Assembly: GCA_051294375.1 (NCBI GenBank)
Contig: CM119269.1
Coordinates: 14,271,918-14,335,917 of the forward strand
Length of the DNA: 64,000 bases
Source: Paraspadella gotoi
Lineage: Eukaryota; Animalia; Chaetognatha
Direction: 5' to 3'
How positions within the stretch are numbered: position 1 is the first letter of the stretch; each line of letters begins with the position of its first letter. The notes below the pieces were generated by a model. That model was not told where the DNA came from. It did not search any database and worked only from the letters and a program-made list of their open reading frames with translations. A program made the position numbers and the translations under genes. This document shows positions 51,398 through 64,000 of this stretch, one piece after another.

Positions 51398-53439
51398 GCC
51401 GCCGCCCGCCAATCGACCACCCCACCCACCCCCTCACCATCGTCTCTCCTCAACCGTCGTCTTCCAACGAAAACACTTTTCACGGAACGTCGATTGTCTT
51501 CATCGCGATGATCCTCGCTGCTTCGACTGCTGCTTCGACTGCTGCTTCGACTGCTGCCTCGCTTCTTCGACTCGGACTAATATCAATTATCTCGATTTCC
51601 GTTGGATTCGACAATCGATTGAGTTAATGGCATCGAATGAAATTATTCATTCATTCGATCATGATTAGTTGGGGGAAACATACGAGCTTGGAGCCTGGGT
51701 CTGGTCACCACTTAACGTTGGCTCATGTTTAAGTAAATTCACTTTACGTAATTAAATATCCTTCAACAATATACTAACAAAATTCATGCGCATATGCATA
51801 ATTGCTCATGAAGAAATCGAACGAAGCATAGAAACCCGCAAACGTCATAGCGAGCTATCGCTAATTATTTTTTTTCCTGTCTTATCTATCTTATCTTTTC
51901 TGTCTCTTTCTCACAGTATTCCTTTCAAATTGTTATCTATAGAAATAAATATAAAAAATTCGTTATTTCTCATGAATTTGTTATTCTAACGAATGAAAGA
52001 AATGATTATAAAAATTTTGTTTAAAAATTTATTCAAATTTTCCCTGAATCAAGTGTTCTGTAAACTAAGTCTTGTCTCATCGCGACCATAAATTGATTTT
52101 AAAAAGTGGGGCGTCACATTTCACATTTGTCAGTCTTAACTTTATCACCTTCACATTGATGACGCAGATCGTCCAACATTAGCTTCACTGAATCCAACGT
52201 CGACGACGATGACGACGACGATTGAAACTTCATTCATGTCTAGTGAGATGAAGAGATAAAATCCGACAAAAGAAGGACTCGATAAACAAGGACGGAACTA
52301 AACAATCGTCTAAAACACATAATATTAAACGAATGAAAATGAATGTAGGAATGATGTAAACGAACAAAGGAAAACTAACGAAATGACGCCGACGACGATG
52401 ACGACGACGACGACGACGACGGCGACGACACGGCGACGAAAGCAAGAGAGATGGAAGTCAATGTTGGCCAAGAGGAAATTTTGTGGTCGACGTAACAAGG
52501 CTTCGGTCGTTATTTCTCGGCCGCTCGTTGACCCGAAGTTCATGAAGCGGCGCCATCTGCTGCCGTTGGAACCAATCAATCTCCATCTCAGTTTCGGCGT
52601 TGGAACCAATCAAGTCTCCATCTCAGTTTAGGCATTGGAAACCATCGAGTCTCCATCTGAGTTTCAGCGTTGGACCCAATCAAATCTCCATCTGAGTTTC
52701 GGCGTTGGAACCAATCAAGTCTCCATCTTATTTTTGGCAAAGAACCAATCAAGTCTTCATCTGAGATCAGGGTTGGAACCAATCAGTCTTTTTCTCAGTT
52801 TTGGCGTTGAAACCAATCAAGTCCCCATCCGGTTTAGCATTTTCTACTAATCAATATAATTTTTAGTTTATTTTTTTCGTTTTGGCTTTAGAACCAATCA
52901 AGTCTTCTTCTAAGTTTTGGCGTTGGAACAATCAAGTCTCATCTAAGTTTCGGCATTGAACCAATAAAGTCTCCATCTGAACTTTGGCGTTGGAACCAAT
53001 CAAGTCTCATCTGATTTTCAGCATTTGGAACCATATTAAGTCTCCATCGATTTTCAGCATTGGACCATCAAGTCTCATCTAAGTTCAGCGTTGGAACCAA
53101 TCAAGTTTCCATCTGAATTTCGGCGTTGGAACCATCAGGTCTTAGCTTCGGGTGTTGTATTGCTCAAAATTGCAACAACAAAAATCTTATTCAACCGATT
53201 TATCAATATAATGGCAAAACAATCTAGACTAAAATTAAATTATAAAAACGGTTCTCATGCCGATTCATACAGTATTCAAGGTAAATACTGAGGATACGAA
53301 TACAGAAACACGCTCTCTTCAACTATTTCGCAAAACCTGAATAATTGACGTCGACTCGCACATTTTCGCGATGCAAACCTGAGCGCCTCCTTAGTCAACA
53401 AAGATGGCGAACCCCTGGCGCCCAAGGTGTGTTCGCTTT

Positions 53440-53491
<52 letters not shown>

Positions 53492-53607
53492 CTCTTCGCG
53501 TCTCTTCGATTCCGCTTCTCGTCGGCCGCTTCTTCCGCTCTTCCGAACGACCTGGAAAACGGGCAAGGTTTCACCGCCCCCCGCCCCACTCTCTCAACGC
53601 CTCCCTC

Positions 53608-53672
<65 letters not shown>

Positions 53673-56600
53673 CCGACTCGCAGGTGCGTCAGAAGTTCTC
53701 AGGTTCGGGAGGGAGAGAATTCTTTCGCAGTCGTCGTCCTCGTTACATAGCAGATGTTTTTTCGCAAAATGTTGATTCTGTTGTCGTTGATGCAAACGAT
53801 TTCGTCACAAAAGAAAAATATACATTTTATGACGTCACGTGATTCGAGAATTTCAACCCGGATGTAATAAAGTTAATAAGAACATCCACCGTTTGCCGTT
53901 CCCGTAAGCGACGATTTCCCCCCCCCCTCGTCTACCCGGATGGCGTTTTGCTCCCTTTCTCTCTCTGAATCTTGTCCCTCACCGTTCCCGTCGTAATCTT
54001 GTTTATTAACGCCAATACTTCGCCAATTACTGCGTCATAACTTGGCCTATAACGGCGACCAGCTCTCGAGCTTCTGGCTTTTTAGAAGGAACGATAGAAA
54101 GTAAAGAAAGTGGATCGATCGTATTTTACTTGGAGCAAGAAGTAGAGCGTTTGTGATCAGAGAAAAGTGAGCGAGAAACGTGGAGCCGATGAGCACGCTT
54201 CGATTAACAGAATGGATTCGTAATTGTTGAACGACGAAAACTACTGTGGAATAGGTGAGCTCTTATTGAAGACAGGTTGGAGAGTGTCGCGTTATCGAAT
54301 TCGCATAAAAAAAATGGTGCGGAAGCGGACAAAGTCGCTGGAGTAACGATGGGTCAGCTGTAGCGGATGGAGTCGACAAAGACGCGTGATTTGTCGGCAA
54401 CATAATAGAAGGAAAACATCTCGTCGTCGCTGCAGTCGTAGCATCGTGATTCACATCCTCATTCACACGTTCGTGATTAACTCGGAATTCGTCGCCTCCC
54501 GTTTTTCACGAACTCACATCACGGTCAGAACTGGCAAAAGTGGCAACCGTTTGGCTTGTCGCTCGCGTTCGTTTTACGTTTCGGGATTTTTCTCTCGACG
54601 ACTCGACGGATCGAGAGGAGGAAGGTTATTTTTACGACGACTGAGAGATGAGGTCGAAATCGTGAACAAATAGATGCGTCAATCGATCTCGAAGTCAAGG
54701 CTGCGTTTGCGTGCGTGCGTGCGTGCCTGATGAGCACGCTTCGTTAACGTTCTTTGAGGTTATGGCGTGAGTTTGGTCCTAGAGATGGCGTGCGTGCGTG
54801 ATGAGCACGCTTCGTTAAGTTCTTTGAGGTTATGGCGTGAGTTTGGTCTAGAGATGGCGTGCGTCGTTTGATGCACGCTTGTTAAATGTTCTTTGAGGTT
54901 ATGGCGTGCATTTTCTCCTAGAGATGGCGTGCGTGCGTGATGAGGCACGCTTCATTAACGTTCTTGAGGTTATGGCGTTGCGTTTGCTCCTAGAGATGGC
55001 GTGCGTGCGTGATGAGCACACTTCGTTAACGTTCTTTGAGGTATGGCATGCGTTTGCTCTAGAGATGGCGTGCATGCATGATGAGCACGCTTCGTTAACG
55101 TTCTTTGAGGTTATGGCGTGCGTTTGCTTCTAGAGAGGCGTGCGATGCGTGCGTGATTGTGCATGCTTCGTTAACGTTCTTGAGGTTTATGGCGTGCGTT
55201 TGCAACTGGAAATAAAGGTTCCTTTTGACCAACTTTGACCAACTTCCTGTTTATGTGAGATGAGCAAGCTTCACTTGTTCTTTGTTTCCGTACGTTCAGA
55301 CGTCTATATTGCGACATCAGGCTAAATGAATGCGATTTTCTGTCCGGTGACATTCCGAGCGCCATCTCTCTGCTTCCGCTCGCATGGCGTTCGTCCGTTC
55401 TCGTCGTCGTCGTCGTTTTTCAAGTTCCTGCTACATCGTCATCCGTCATTGTTTTGATTCATTTTCGCGTCTGCAATCGTCATTATTATCATCGTCAATA
55501 GAAACATCATTGTTCCCTATTTGTTCGCCCATTCTATAACGTGGCGCTGCTACCGTCGGCATTGCAGTCGTTTGATGTCATCGTTCATCTACGACCATAG
55601 TCAGTCATCATTGTCATTCATGATTGTCATTATTGTGTCATCGACTTCGCGCTGCGGACCCTCGACGTATGGTATCGTCGTTGTCATCGTCGTTATGATC
55701 GTCGTTTGTCATCGCCGTATGCGTTCATCCTCTTTATTGAGTGACGCAACTGAATCGATTTCGTCACGAGGCGACGTGCGCGTCGTCTAGATTCGGCAGC
55801 GTCTGCGTCATCGAGAGACCGTGGAGGGGAATCCGTCGTTTGGAGTCACGACCGGCGTCGTTGAATGAATCCTTATTATTTCCGTCACGGACTTTATTGT
55901 TCATTTCGTCTTTGTTCATCTTTTTGTCTTCATCGTTGTCTATTTATCGACTTATCTTCCTACTTTCTTTGTCCAGCATCTTCTTTTCTTCATGTTGTCA
56001 TCTTTATCTCAAACTTTTTCCTACTTCCCTTTGTCCTTATCATCCTTCTTTGTCTCCCTCACTTGTCCTATTATATCGACAACTTCTTCCTACTTCCTTT
56101 CTCCTTGTCATTCTTCTTTGTCTCCCTCATTTTCCTATTATTACTTACGTCCACTTGTTCCACTCCTGTCTTTCAACTCTTCTCTTGACTACCTCATTTT
56201 CCTTTTATCAACAACTTCTTCCTACTCTTTGTCCTTGTCATCTTTTTGTCTTCATCACTTTGTCCTCTTCAGTCGTTGTCGTCGTCATCGTCGTTTAAGT
56301 CGTCACGGTCGGTCGTCGTCATCATTTTTTTTTCATGTCTTCGCCGATTTTCTTCTGTTTTTTCTTTGGCGCCTCTTCGCTTTCTTTTCGTCGTTGTCGT
56401 CGTCATCGTCGTTGTCATCGTACGTCGTCTTCTTCGTCATTTTCGTCATTCGTCGTCGTCATCTATCTGGTTTCCAGAGGGTCGTGATCGCGAACGCGCG
56501 GCGTCTCTTTCAACACCTTCTTCGCGTCACCTTTTCGCCCTTTGCTCGCTTTGATGGTCTTTTCACGGATCGACCGGGTGGGAAAAAACCTCAAACGCCC

Positions 56601-58683
56601 TTAAAGGTCAACTAACGCCCCTTTTATGGGCGTCAACGATCTTACGGGTTCGCTCAGCTTCTGCCCGCCCACCACCGGTACATTTCTTTCCTTATATTTT
56701 TCGCATCAAGGAACTAAAAAAAAAAAAATTCAAATTTTCAAGTGCAGCATTATCGAGAAGAAATTGATCGTATTATTTGTTATTTGTTGTTTAGATTAAA
56801 TTATAAAATATGAAAACAATTTTTACCGGTCGGTAGTAATAATTTTTTTTAAATCAAACATCAAAAACAACGTACGTAAACTATTTAATTATTAAGGACC
56901 CAGTGATAAAAATGATATCATAAGCCTTAAGGGTCTATCATCAAAGGATTTGAATGTGATAGTCATTAATTTTTGTTTGCTACGCGAAAGTGGCAAAAAA
57001 ATTCCTATCTTCTTATTTGTGCTTAGCGGAAACAAAAATTATAGATTATGAAAAAAAAAATATAGTTGACCTTACCTAAATATTTATATACATCCATTAT
57101 TTTATTTGCATAGATAAATATTTTTACTAAATTTCCAATTTTTTATAATTTTACTGTACAAGCCTACAATTTTAGTTTAGAGCCTCATTGAACAAAGGCT
57201 TTACAAGGACTATATATTTTTTATTTTTATATTTACTTAAAAGCAGCAATCAAACCTAAAATTCTATTCTTACAGAAACAAAACTGTAATAATTATTAAT
57301 TAATATCATATTCATCTCTTAAATGTATTATTAAAACTATATTGATTCCTAATTATAACAATTAAAAATTAGCAAATAGTACAGAATCTTCTTTTTCTTG
57401 TTATATTATATTTACTTCAAAGAGTTTTATTTCATCCAATAACAGAAATCATTTGAAAGAAAGTTTAAATAAAATCAGTCGATACCTTAAATTTTGATTC
57501 ATTCCTAGTTTTTTTTTCTTAAAATTTTTGTGATAAAAGCTGAAAACTTTTTAAAATTAGATCCTTACTCTTTTTTAGAAAAAAATATTTTAAACTTGAA
57601 AATAGATTTTCTTTCTTACCTGATTTTAAAGAAAATTAAGCTCGCTGATTTCATCGAATTTTTAACTACTTCCCAAATGATTTATAGCGAAGAAAAAATT
57701 ATATGTTCAGAACCAGCTTAGTTAAAGGGTAAAACGTTATGTTTTCAGCGTTCTTTCCCCCCCTGTTCACTTGTCCCTTAAAATACGTCGCAGAATATAT
57801 AAAACGAATTGGAAAAACTTTTTCTAGCGCGTTTTCAAATGAGATGAAATTATTCAATCAAATCATTAGTCGAATCAATGTTCTATTAGATATCACGTAT
57901 GTCAGCATTTATCATACATGTATATACCTAATCATATCATTCATATCAGTTGTCAGAATTCTTTAATACTTTCACATCTTGGTAGGCCAAAAATTTCATC
58001 TCCAGCACAAGCAAAAAAGAAAGTCTTCAGGTTAGATCGATGTCCTGTCGTACAGCGGGAAGTTTTTTTTTACTCGGTCGAAGTTTCCTTCTACCGGCCT
58101 TCACCTGCTCCTTACTTTTCCGCTCACCATCGCCTTACACTGCTCCTTACTTAGCCCCTTGACTGGCCCCTCACCATAGCCTTAAACATCCTTTACTTGC
58201 CCCTTACTTGCCACTGTACTGCTCACTCGTTACATGCTCTTTATTTGACCCATCGCTTTACCTGTCTTTTCTCTTACTTGCCCTCACCATCGCTTTACTG
58301 CCCTTACTTTCCCCTCACTATCGCTTTACCTGCCCCTTACTTGCCCCTCACCATCGCCTTACCTGCCCCTTATCTGCCCCTTACCCTGAAATGATGAACG
58401 ATCTAATTTTTTTTCACTCTTTCCCGAATTTCAGATTCGATCAGAGAAGATTATGAAATGTCAACACTTTGCTGCAGTTACGAAAAAAAAAAAAATAAAT
58501 AAACCGATAAAAAATAAATTTTAGAGGAATATTAATCAAAAAAACACGTCCCTCTTGCGGGGAAAATGATCGTTGGCGGAAGACACGGGAATAAAAATAA
58601 TTAATTAATAAATCACGAATCTCTGGCTAAAAAAGAACAAAAAAGTCATCGCGTTTACGATCCAAAAAAGAAAATTTAAAAAA
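51019..58683 (-). repeat. Block B, copy 4 (inverted, noisiest copy; runs without a gap into unique sequence)
   Basis: Reverse complement of 25008-32643, ending cgcgtttacgatccaaaaaagaaaatttaaaaaa. Indel density is highest at ~55.3-58.3 kb. Confidence 0.93.
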
Positions 58684-59157
58684 TGAAACTGAAACAAAAA
58701 ACAAACAAAAAAACAAAACAAAAAAAAAACACAACGATTTAAAATTTAACCGACGCATTTGACGTAAAATCTAAAAAAAAAAAAAAACAACAAAAAAATA
58801 AAACAAAAACAACTCAACTCTGAGGAAACAAAACAAAATAAATAAATTCAGCGTCGGCGATGATAAACAATTTGTCTTGCGTTTCGTCAAAAACGAAGAC
58901 GACGACGAAAACGACGACGACGACGACGACGGCAAAGAAGAAGAAGCCAAAGTTGAGGATTAAGTAAGAATCCATAAAATCTCCTTCGGAGGAAGAGAAA
59001 TAATTAATCTGCGAAGACGGAAGGTGAGTCCGAGGTGAGTCCGAGGTGAGTCTGAGCGTGAAGAAAAAAATCATGTGATGAACCGATCAATCATTTCGCG
59101 ACGGTCGATCGATCAGGGGTTAGAGAAAGTCATCATTTACTCAATCGACGGATCGAT

Positions 59158-59276
59158 CAATCAATCAAACAAATGAATCGAATAAATCAGTCGATCAATT
59201 AATCAAATAACTTGATCAAATGAATCAAGCCAATCAATCCAATCCATCAATCCAATCAATCTAATCAATCCAATCA

Positions 59277-59312
<36 letters not shown>

Positions 59313-59420
59313 CAATCAATCCAATCAATCAATCAATCAATCAATATCAATCAATATCAATCAATATCAATCAATCTCAATCAATCAAATCAATCAAATC
59401 AAATCAACCAACCAATCAAA
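59158..59420. repeat. (AATC)n / (CAATC)n compound microsatellite
   Basis: Run of tcaa/tccaa/tcaata units. Confidence 0.9.
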
Positions 59421-59937
59421 AAGCAATCCATTAATCCACGTCACTCGCTCCGAGGAAACGACTCAATTCGTCTCACAGGCCACGCCCTTCCTTCCTCTTT
59501 CCTTCTGGCTTCATTCACGAGCGCATCTTCCTCACTTTTCCTCACCTCGCAGAACTCACCTCCCCCCCNNNNNNNNNNNNNNNNNNNNNNNNNNNNNNNN
59601 NNNNNNNNNNNNNNNNNNNNNNNNNNNNNNNNNNNNNNNNNNNNNNNNNNNNNNNNNNNNNNNNNNNNNNNNNNNNNNNNNNNNNNNNNNNNNNNNNNNN
59701 NNNNNNNNNNNNNNNNNNNNNNNNNNNNNNNNNNNNNNNNNNNNNNNNNNNNNNNNNNNNNNNNNNNNNNNNNNNNNNNNNNNNNNNNNNNNNNNNNNNN
59801 NNNNNNNNNNNNNNNNNNNNNNNNNNNNNNNNNNNNNNNNNNNNNNNNNNNNNNNNNNNNNNNNNNNNNNNNNNNNNNNNNNNNNNNNNNNNNNNNNNNN
59901 NNNNNNNNNNNNNNNNNNNNNNNNNNNNNNNNNNNNN

Positions 59938-59972
<35 letters not shown>

Positions 59973-60565
59973 GGAGGTTCCATCGACTAAAATATCGAGG
60001 AAAGAAGCGATGATCCAAGGCACAAAGTATCTGATGGGAATTGTCACGGATTTAATGGATTTTCTCTCCGCCCCCATTTGGATATATTTTTTAGAATTGC
60101 ACAGTAGGGTGGAGCGATGAAAAAAATTGAGATATTGAACAATGTTTTTTTTTCTGCCTTTGTATATGAAAATTTTCAAAATAACTTGTTTCACTATTTT
60201 TTATTTTTATATTTTATAATATAAATGTTCAATGCTTTACTATTTAGTCTATATTGTTTAATTATATTGTTTTTTAAATTTTTACTTAAATCATTAATAA
60301 TTCATTTTTATGTAACAAAAAATGCATAATAGTATAATACATTAAATTTTCCCACAGTAATATTCTTATAAAATCATAAAATTTTAAAATGATATATTTT
60401 TTAAATTTTAATAACAGTTTCTGATTCGCCTCAACCTAATCTTTAAACTTTTTAACTTATTTAATTCTGAATAAAAGCAGAAATGGGGCCTTTTTGTAAA
60501 AGATGGCCGAGAACCCTACATTTTCCATCAGATTACTTTTTTTTCGGGTCGAACGATATCGTTAT

Positions 60566-60912
60566 TTTTAGCTTCGCCGCGAATACTCGAGGTTCAACTC
60601 AAGTCACTTTTCGGTCGGTCTGTCAGTCGGTCAGTATACTTGTCCATCGGTCTGTCCCCCTTACGTTAAAAATTCTCATATTATTTAGTTTCTCATTTGT
60701 TAAGAAGGGAAAAATACTCAAAAAATAGTGACTGCTAGCGCCGCCTTCAGGAAATCCTAAAACAATAAAGAGTCAAAGGCGTAATTCCTATGAAGTGCTA
60801 AGAAAGTTATTGTAGTCATGTCATGTAACGTTATATCATGTCATGTCACGAGAAATACACGTAAAAATAAAATCACAGTGGCGCAATAAATTGGATGAAC
60901 CGATCTTGTTTT
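60566..60912 (+). mobile_element. HINE/DINE-1-like element, diverged full-length copy
   Basis: tttagcttcgccgcgaatactcg...aagtcacttttcggtcggtctgtcagtcggtc...ctcatttgttaag...gccttcaggaaatcctaaaac...gtggcgcaat...accgatcttgtttt, collinear with 17519-17860. Confidence 0.75.
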
Positions 60913-62542
60913 ATGCAAAATGTACAATGGGCACGGGATATATCGGAAATCTCGGGGTTCGTAATCCCGGGGAAGGAGAGAAGGAGCGGAATAACTGATG
61001 ACCCCGACGGAATAACCGAACACTGTAGCGGTGCGAGATTGAACGGTTATTTTCGGTCGGTCGGTCCCTCTGTCTGCTAAGAAAAAAATATAATTTAAAA
61101 TTAATTAAAAATTCTGTTTCAAAAAAAATCAACCTTATTCCTTGGAGTTGACTCATTTTCTGATTGAGTTTTATAATGGCGACGATCGAAGTTTCAAAAG
61201 TTGTTTGTTTATTATAATAAAAAAAACAGGCGACGAGAAGTTAAGATTTAAGAGAATTCAATTTGTTTGTAACAACCGAATATTACGTCGAGCCGTTCTG
61301 CTCTTACGGCGACGTTCGCTTAGCGCACCACGAACGTCAATTCAGTTATATTGTTTTCTGTTTAACAAAAAAAAAAAAAGAATTATCTGATTCAATGATT
61401 ACACAAAGTTAACGATGTTTTGATTTTGTTTTCTGGTACACATTCTTATGGATTGTTTTGAAGAAAATTTCATTTTTTTAAAAAAAGTATGGGTAATATT
61501 TGTTGAGAACTATATTGAGACTATTCAGACTTGGGAAAAGCGTATTCCGATGATTGCACGTAAAGTGTCTTTGTCGTTTTGCGGTGCGAATATTTGTCCT
61601 CGTCATCATCGTCGTCGTCATCGTCGTCGTCGTAGTCATCTCCATAGAAATCGTCGTTCATCATATTTGTTATTTTTTTTCGGCTCCGACTCGACCACCG
61701 CAGACGCCGCCGCCGCCTGCCCCGTCGTCACCACTCCGCCTTCCCCGCCGCCTCCCCGCCCTTTCCCATTAATTTATTTTCTCTTCTTTATTATTTCAAC
61801 CGCCTCATAAATCAGAGGCGAGGATTTTCTCGCGTTTGTGAGACTCGAATTTGAGGCAAATGAATAAACGAGTTTCTAGTGGGTGGGGAGAGACTTTCTC
61901 TCTCTCTCTCTNNNNNNNNNNNNNNNNNNNNNNNNNNNNNNNNNNNNNNNNNNNNNNNNNNNNNNNNNNNNNNNNNNNNNNNNNNNNNNNNNNNNNNNNN
62001 NNNNNNNNNNNNNNNNNNNNNNNNNNNNNNNNNNNNNNNNNNNNNNNNNNNNNNNNNNNNNNNNNNNNNNAAAAAAAAACAGTTTGCTCTGAAAGAATTT
62101 CAAAATTAAAACGTGTTTAATTCACAATTTTATGTTTTCACACTCGTAGTTCCAAAGGCGGCGATGTAAACTCGCGCCTGTCAACGAGATCACCGATCAC
62201 TAATCACCAAGCTCCAATGCGTCTAATCATATTATGAAATATTTCAGGAATCTAATTGAATGTGTAGCGGATTTTTCTCTCCAATTAAATCCGGGCCCCC
62301 AACTGTTTCCGTATAAAATAAAGAAAAGACGAGGTTGCAACGGAACGCAGCTGCAGATTCGGTTTCAACGTCGCGCCATAACAACAGTTTTTCGACGGAG
62401 AGAGAGAGAGAGAGAGAGANNNNNNNNNNNNNNNNNNNNNNNNNNNNNNNNNNNNNNNNNNNNNNNNNNNNNNNNNNNNNNNNNNNNNNNNNNNNNNNNN
62501 NNNNNNNNNNNNNNNNNNNNNNNNNNNNNNNNNNNNNNNNNN

Positions 62543-62577
<35 letters not shown>

Positions 62578-63149
62578 TTTTTCCATCTATCCTTAACTCG
62601 ATTCTCCTTTCACTCGTCAGTTATTAGCCAAGAAATATATTATCATGATTTACACAAGTAAGCAAAAATGAAGTAACAGAAAATTATATTAATTAAGGAA
62701 TAACTGACTTTATATAGTCACATATATCGTCACATTAAGGTCTCTAAACTTCGTTAGACATTTGGCAAAAAAGGAATGAAACCGTTAAAAGTCGTGAGGC
62801 GGTTTTATCTTCAGAGGCTTCTTCTTTAAACATTTAATTAAGCTTGCAGTCTTGCTTACTTTATTTTTATCCATCTTTCTCTTTCTTAAGCGCTCTTTAA
62901 GCGAGTGTCTCTCACTCNNNNNNNNNNNNNNNNNNNNNNNNNNNNNNNNNNNNNNNNNNNNNNNNNNNNNNNNNNNNNNNNNNNNNNNNNNNNNNNNNNN
63001 NNNNNNNNNNNNNNNNNNNNNNNNNNNNNNNNNNNNNNNNNNNNNNNNNNNNNNNNNNNNNNNNNNNNNNNNNNNNNNNNNNNNNNNNNNNNNNNNNNNN
63101 NNNNNNNNNNNNNNNNNNNNNNNNNNNNNNNNNNNNNNNNNNNNNNNNT

Positions 63150-63295
63150 TTTAAGTCACTTTTCCTTCGGTCTGTCGGTCCGTCCGTCCCATTTACGATA
63201 AAAATCCATATAATTTGTCTATACTATAGTTGGTTGCTCATTTGTTAAGACAGAAAAAAACCTCAAACTAAAGTGACGGCTTACCGCCTGCTGTC
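63150..63295 (+). mobile_element. HINE/DINE-1-like element, partial copy
   Basis: aagtcacttttccttcggtctgtcggtccgtccgtcccatttacg...tgctcatttgttaagacagaaaaaaacctcaaa matches 17555-17705. The 5' end is in a gap and similarity stops near 63295. Confidence 0.7.
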
Positions 63296-64000
63296 TTAAA
63301 GGGTATTCCTGAAACTCTGTTGTGGAATTAGGAAGACTGGAATTTTGATGCAGTGCATGTAATTAAATACCACGTTGGCACAAAAAAAGTTTTTAGCTCA
63401 TTCATGTAACGAATCATTTATCATAAGTTGGACAACACACAATTAAAAAATAATGATGTCTCCTGCAACACATACATATTTATCGTCATTACAGAATGCG
63501 TTCCTTTCCAGTCGCATCTGCACGTATTTAGCGATCTTTAACATGATAGATTTCTCTGACGTATAGCCAATCTATATAGAAGAATTTTTTTTTGCTTTTT
63601 TAAAGAGAAAGATACCAACTCCATGGGACGCGCTGTTTGGCTCGTAAGATAGTACATGTAAGAAACCTGAAATTCGAACGTAGTCTTTCCTGCATCACCA
63701 AGTGGTTCCGGAAATTTTCTAGACAATCAGTTCCTTACTAGTTCTACATTTCGAGACATCAAAGACATATGTGTTTGTACAGACTTTTATAGGCGAGGAG
63801 GCGAATTCATTGTTTCCGATGCCTTATATGACAATTGAGCTTCTAGAGCTTAATTTGCCTTACTTTAGATACGTCGCGAAAAACCCGCAGCCCCTTCTAT
63901 CATTCAGGCAAAGGCGAATTTTAGAGAGGTTACCAATCCATGAAAGTTTTTCTTTGAAAATTTCCAGACGCCAACGCCCGATTCTAGTGCACGGAGGTCA

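Noticed and set aside
60951-60972. ggggttcgtaatcccg resembles a tRNA T-arm / B box
   Set aside because: No A box, anticodon arm or acceptor stem is discernible.

Overview
This window is gapped, AT-rich eukaryotic scaffold sequence, very rich in (CT)n/(GA)n, (GAC)n and (GGC)n simple repeats and with abundant CpG. That composition resembles arthropod, possibly crustacean, non-coding DNA (inference only). I find no supportable protein-coding gene, rRNA, tRNA or CRISPR array: the long ORFs I examined are artefacts of microsatellites, minisatellites or N-gaps. The dominant structure is ~23.3-58.7 kb, built from two blocks, A (~1.7 kb) and B (~7.4 kb), arranged A+ B+ A- B- [25 N] B+ A+ B-. This is a ~17 kb palindrome (arm-spacer-arm) that is itself present twice in opposite orientation. 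Shared variants, rising indel noise and 25-N gaps suggest long-read gap-filling or fold-back artefact at least in part, although one real palindrome cannot be excluded. Biological signals I can support are: (1) an interspersed ~350 bp family with Helentron/DINE-1 (HINE) architecture, about 6 copies; (2) an 875 bp TTAA-flanked MITE with 13 bp TIRs (Kolobok-type ends); (3) a cluster of unrelated minisatellites (11/33, 35, ~35, ~65, 71, 72 bp units); (4) a compact cluster of six GGCGCC sites resembling a BMP/Smad-Brinker responsive enhancer. I did not find a convincing new gene system.
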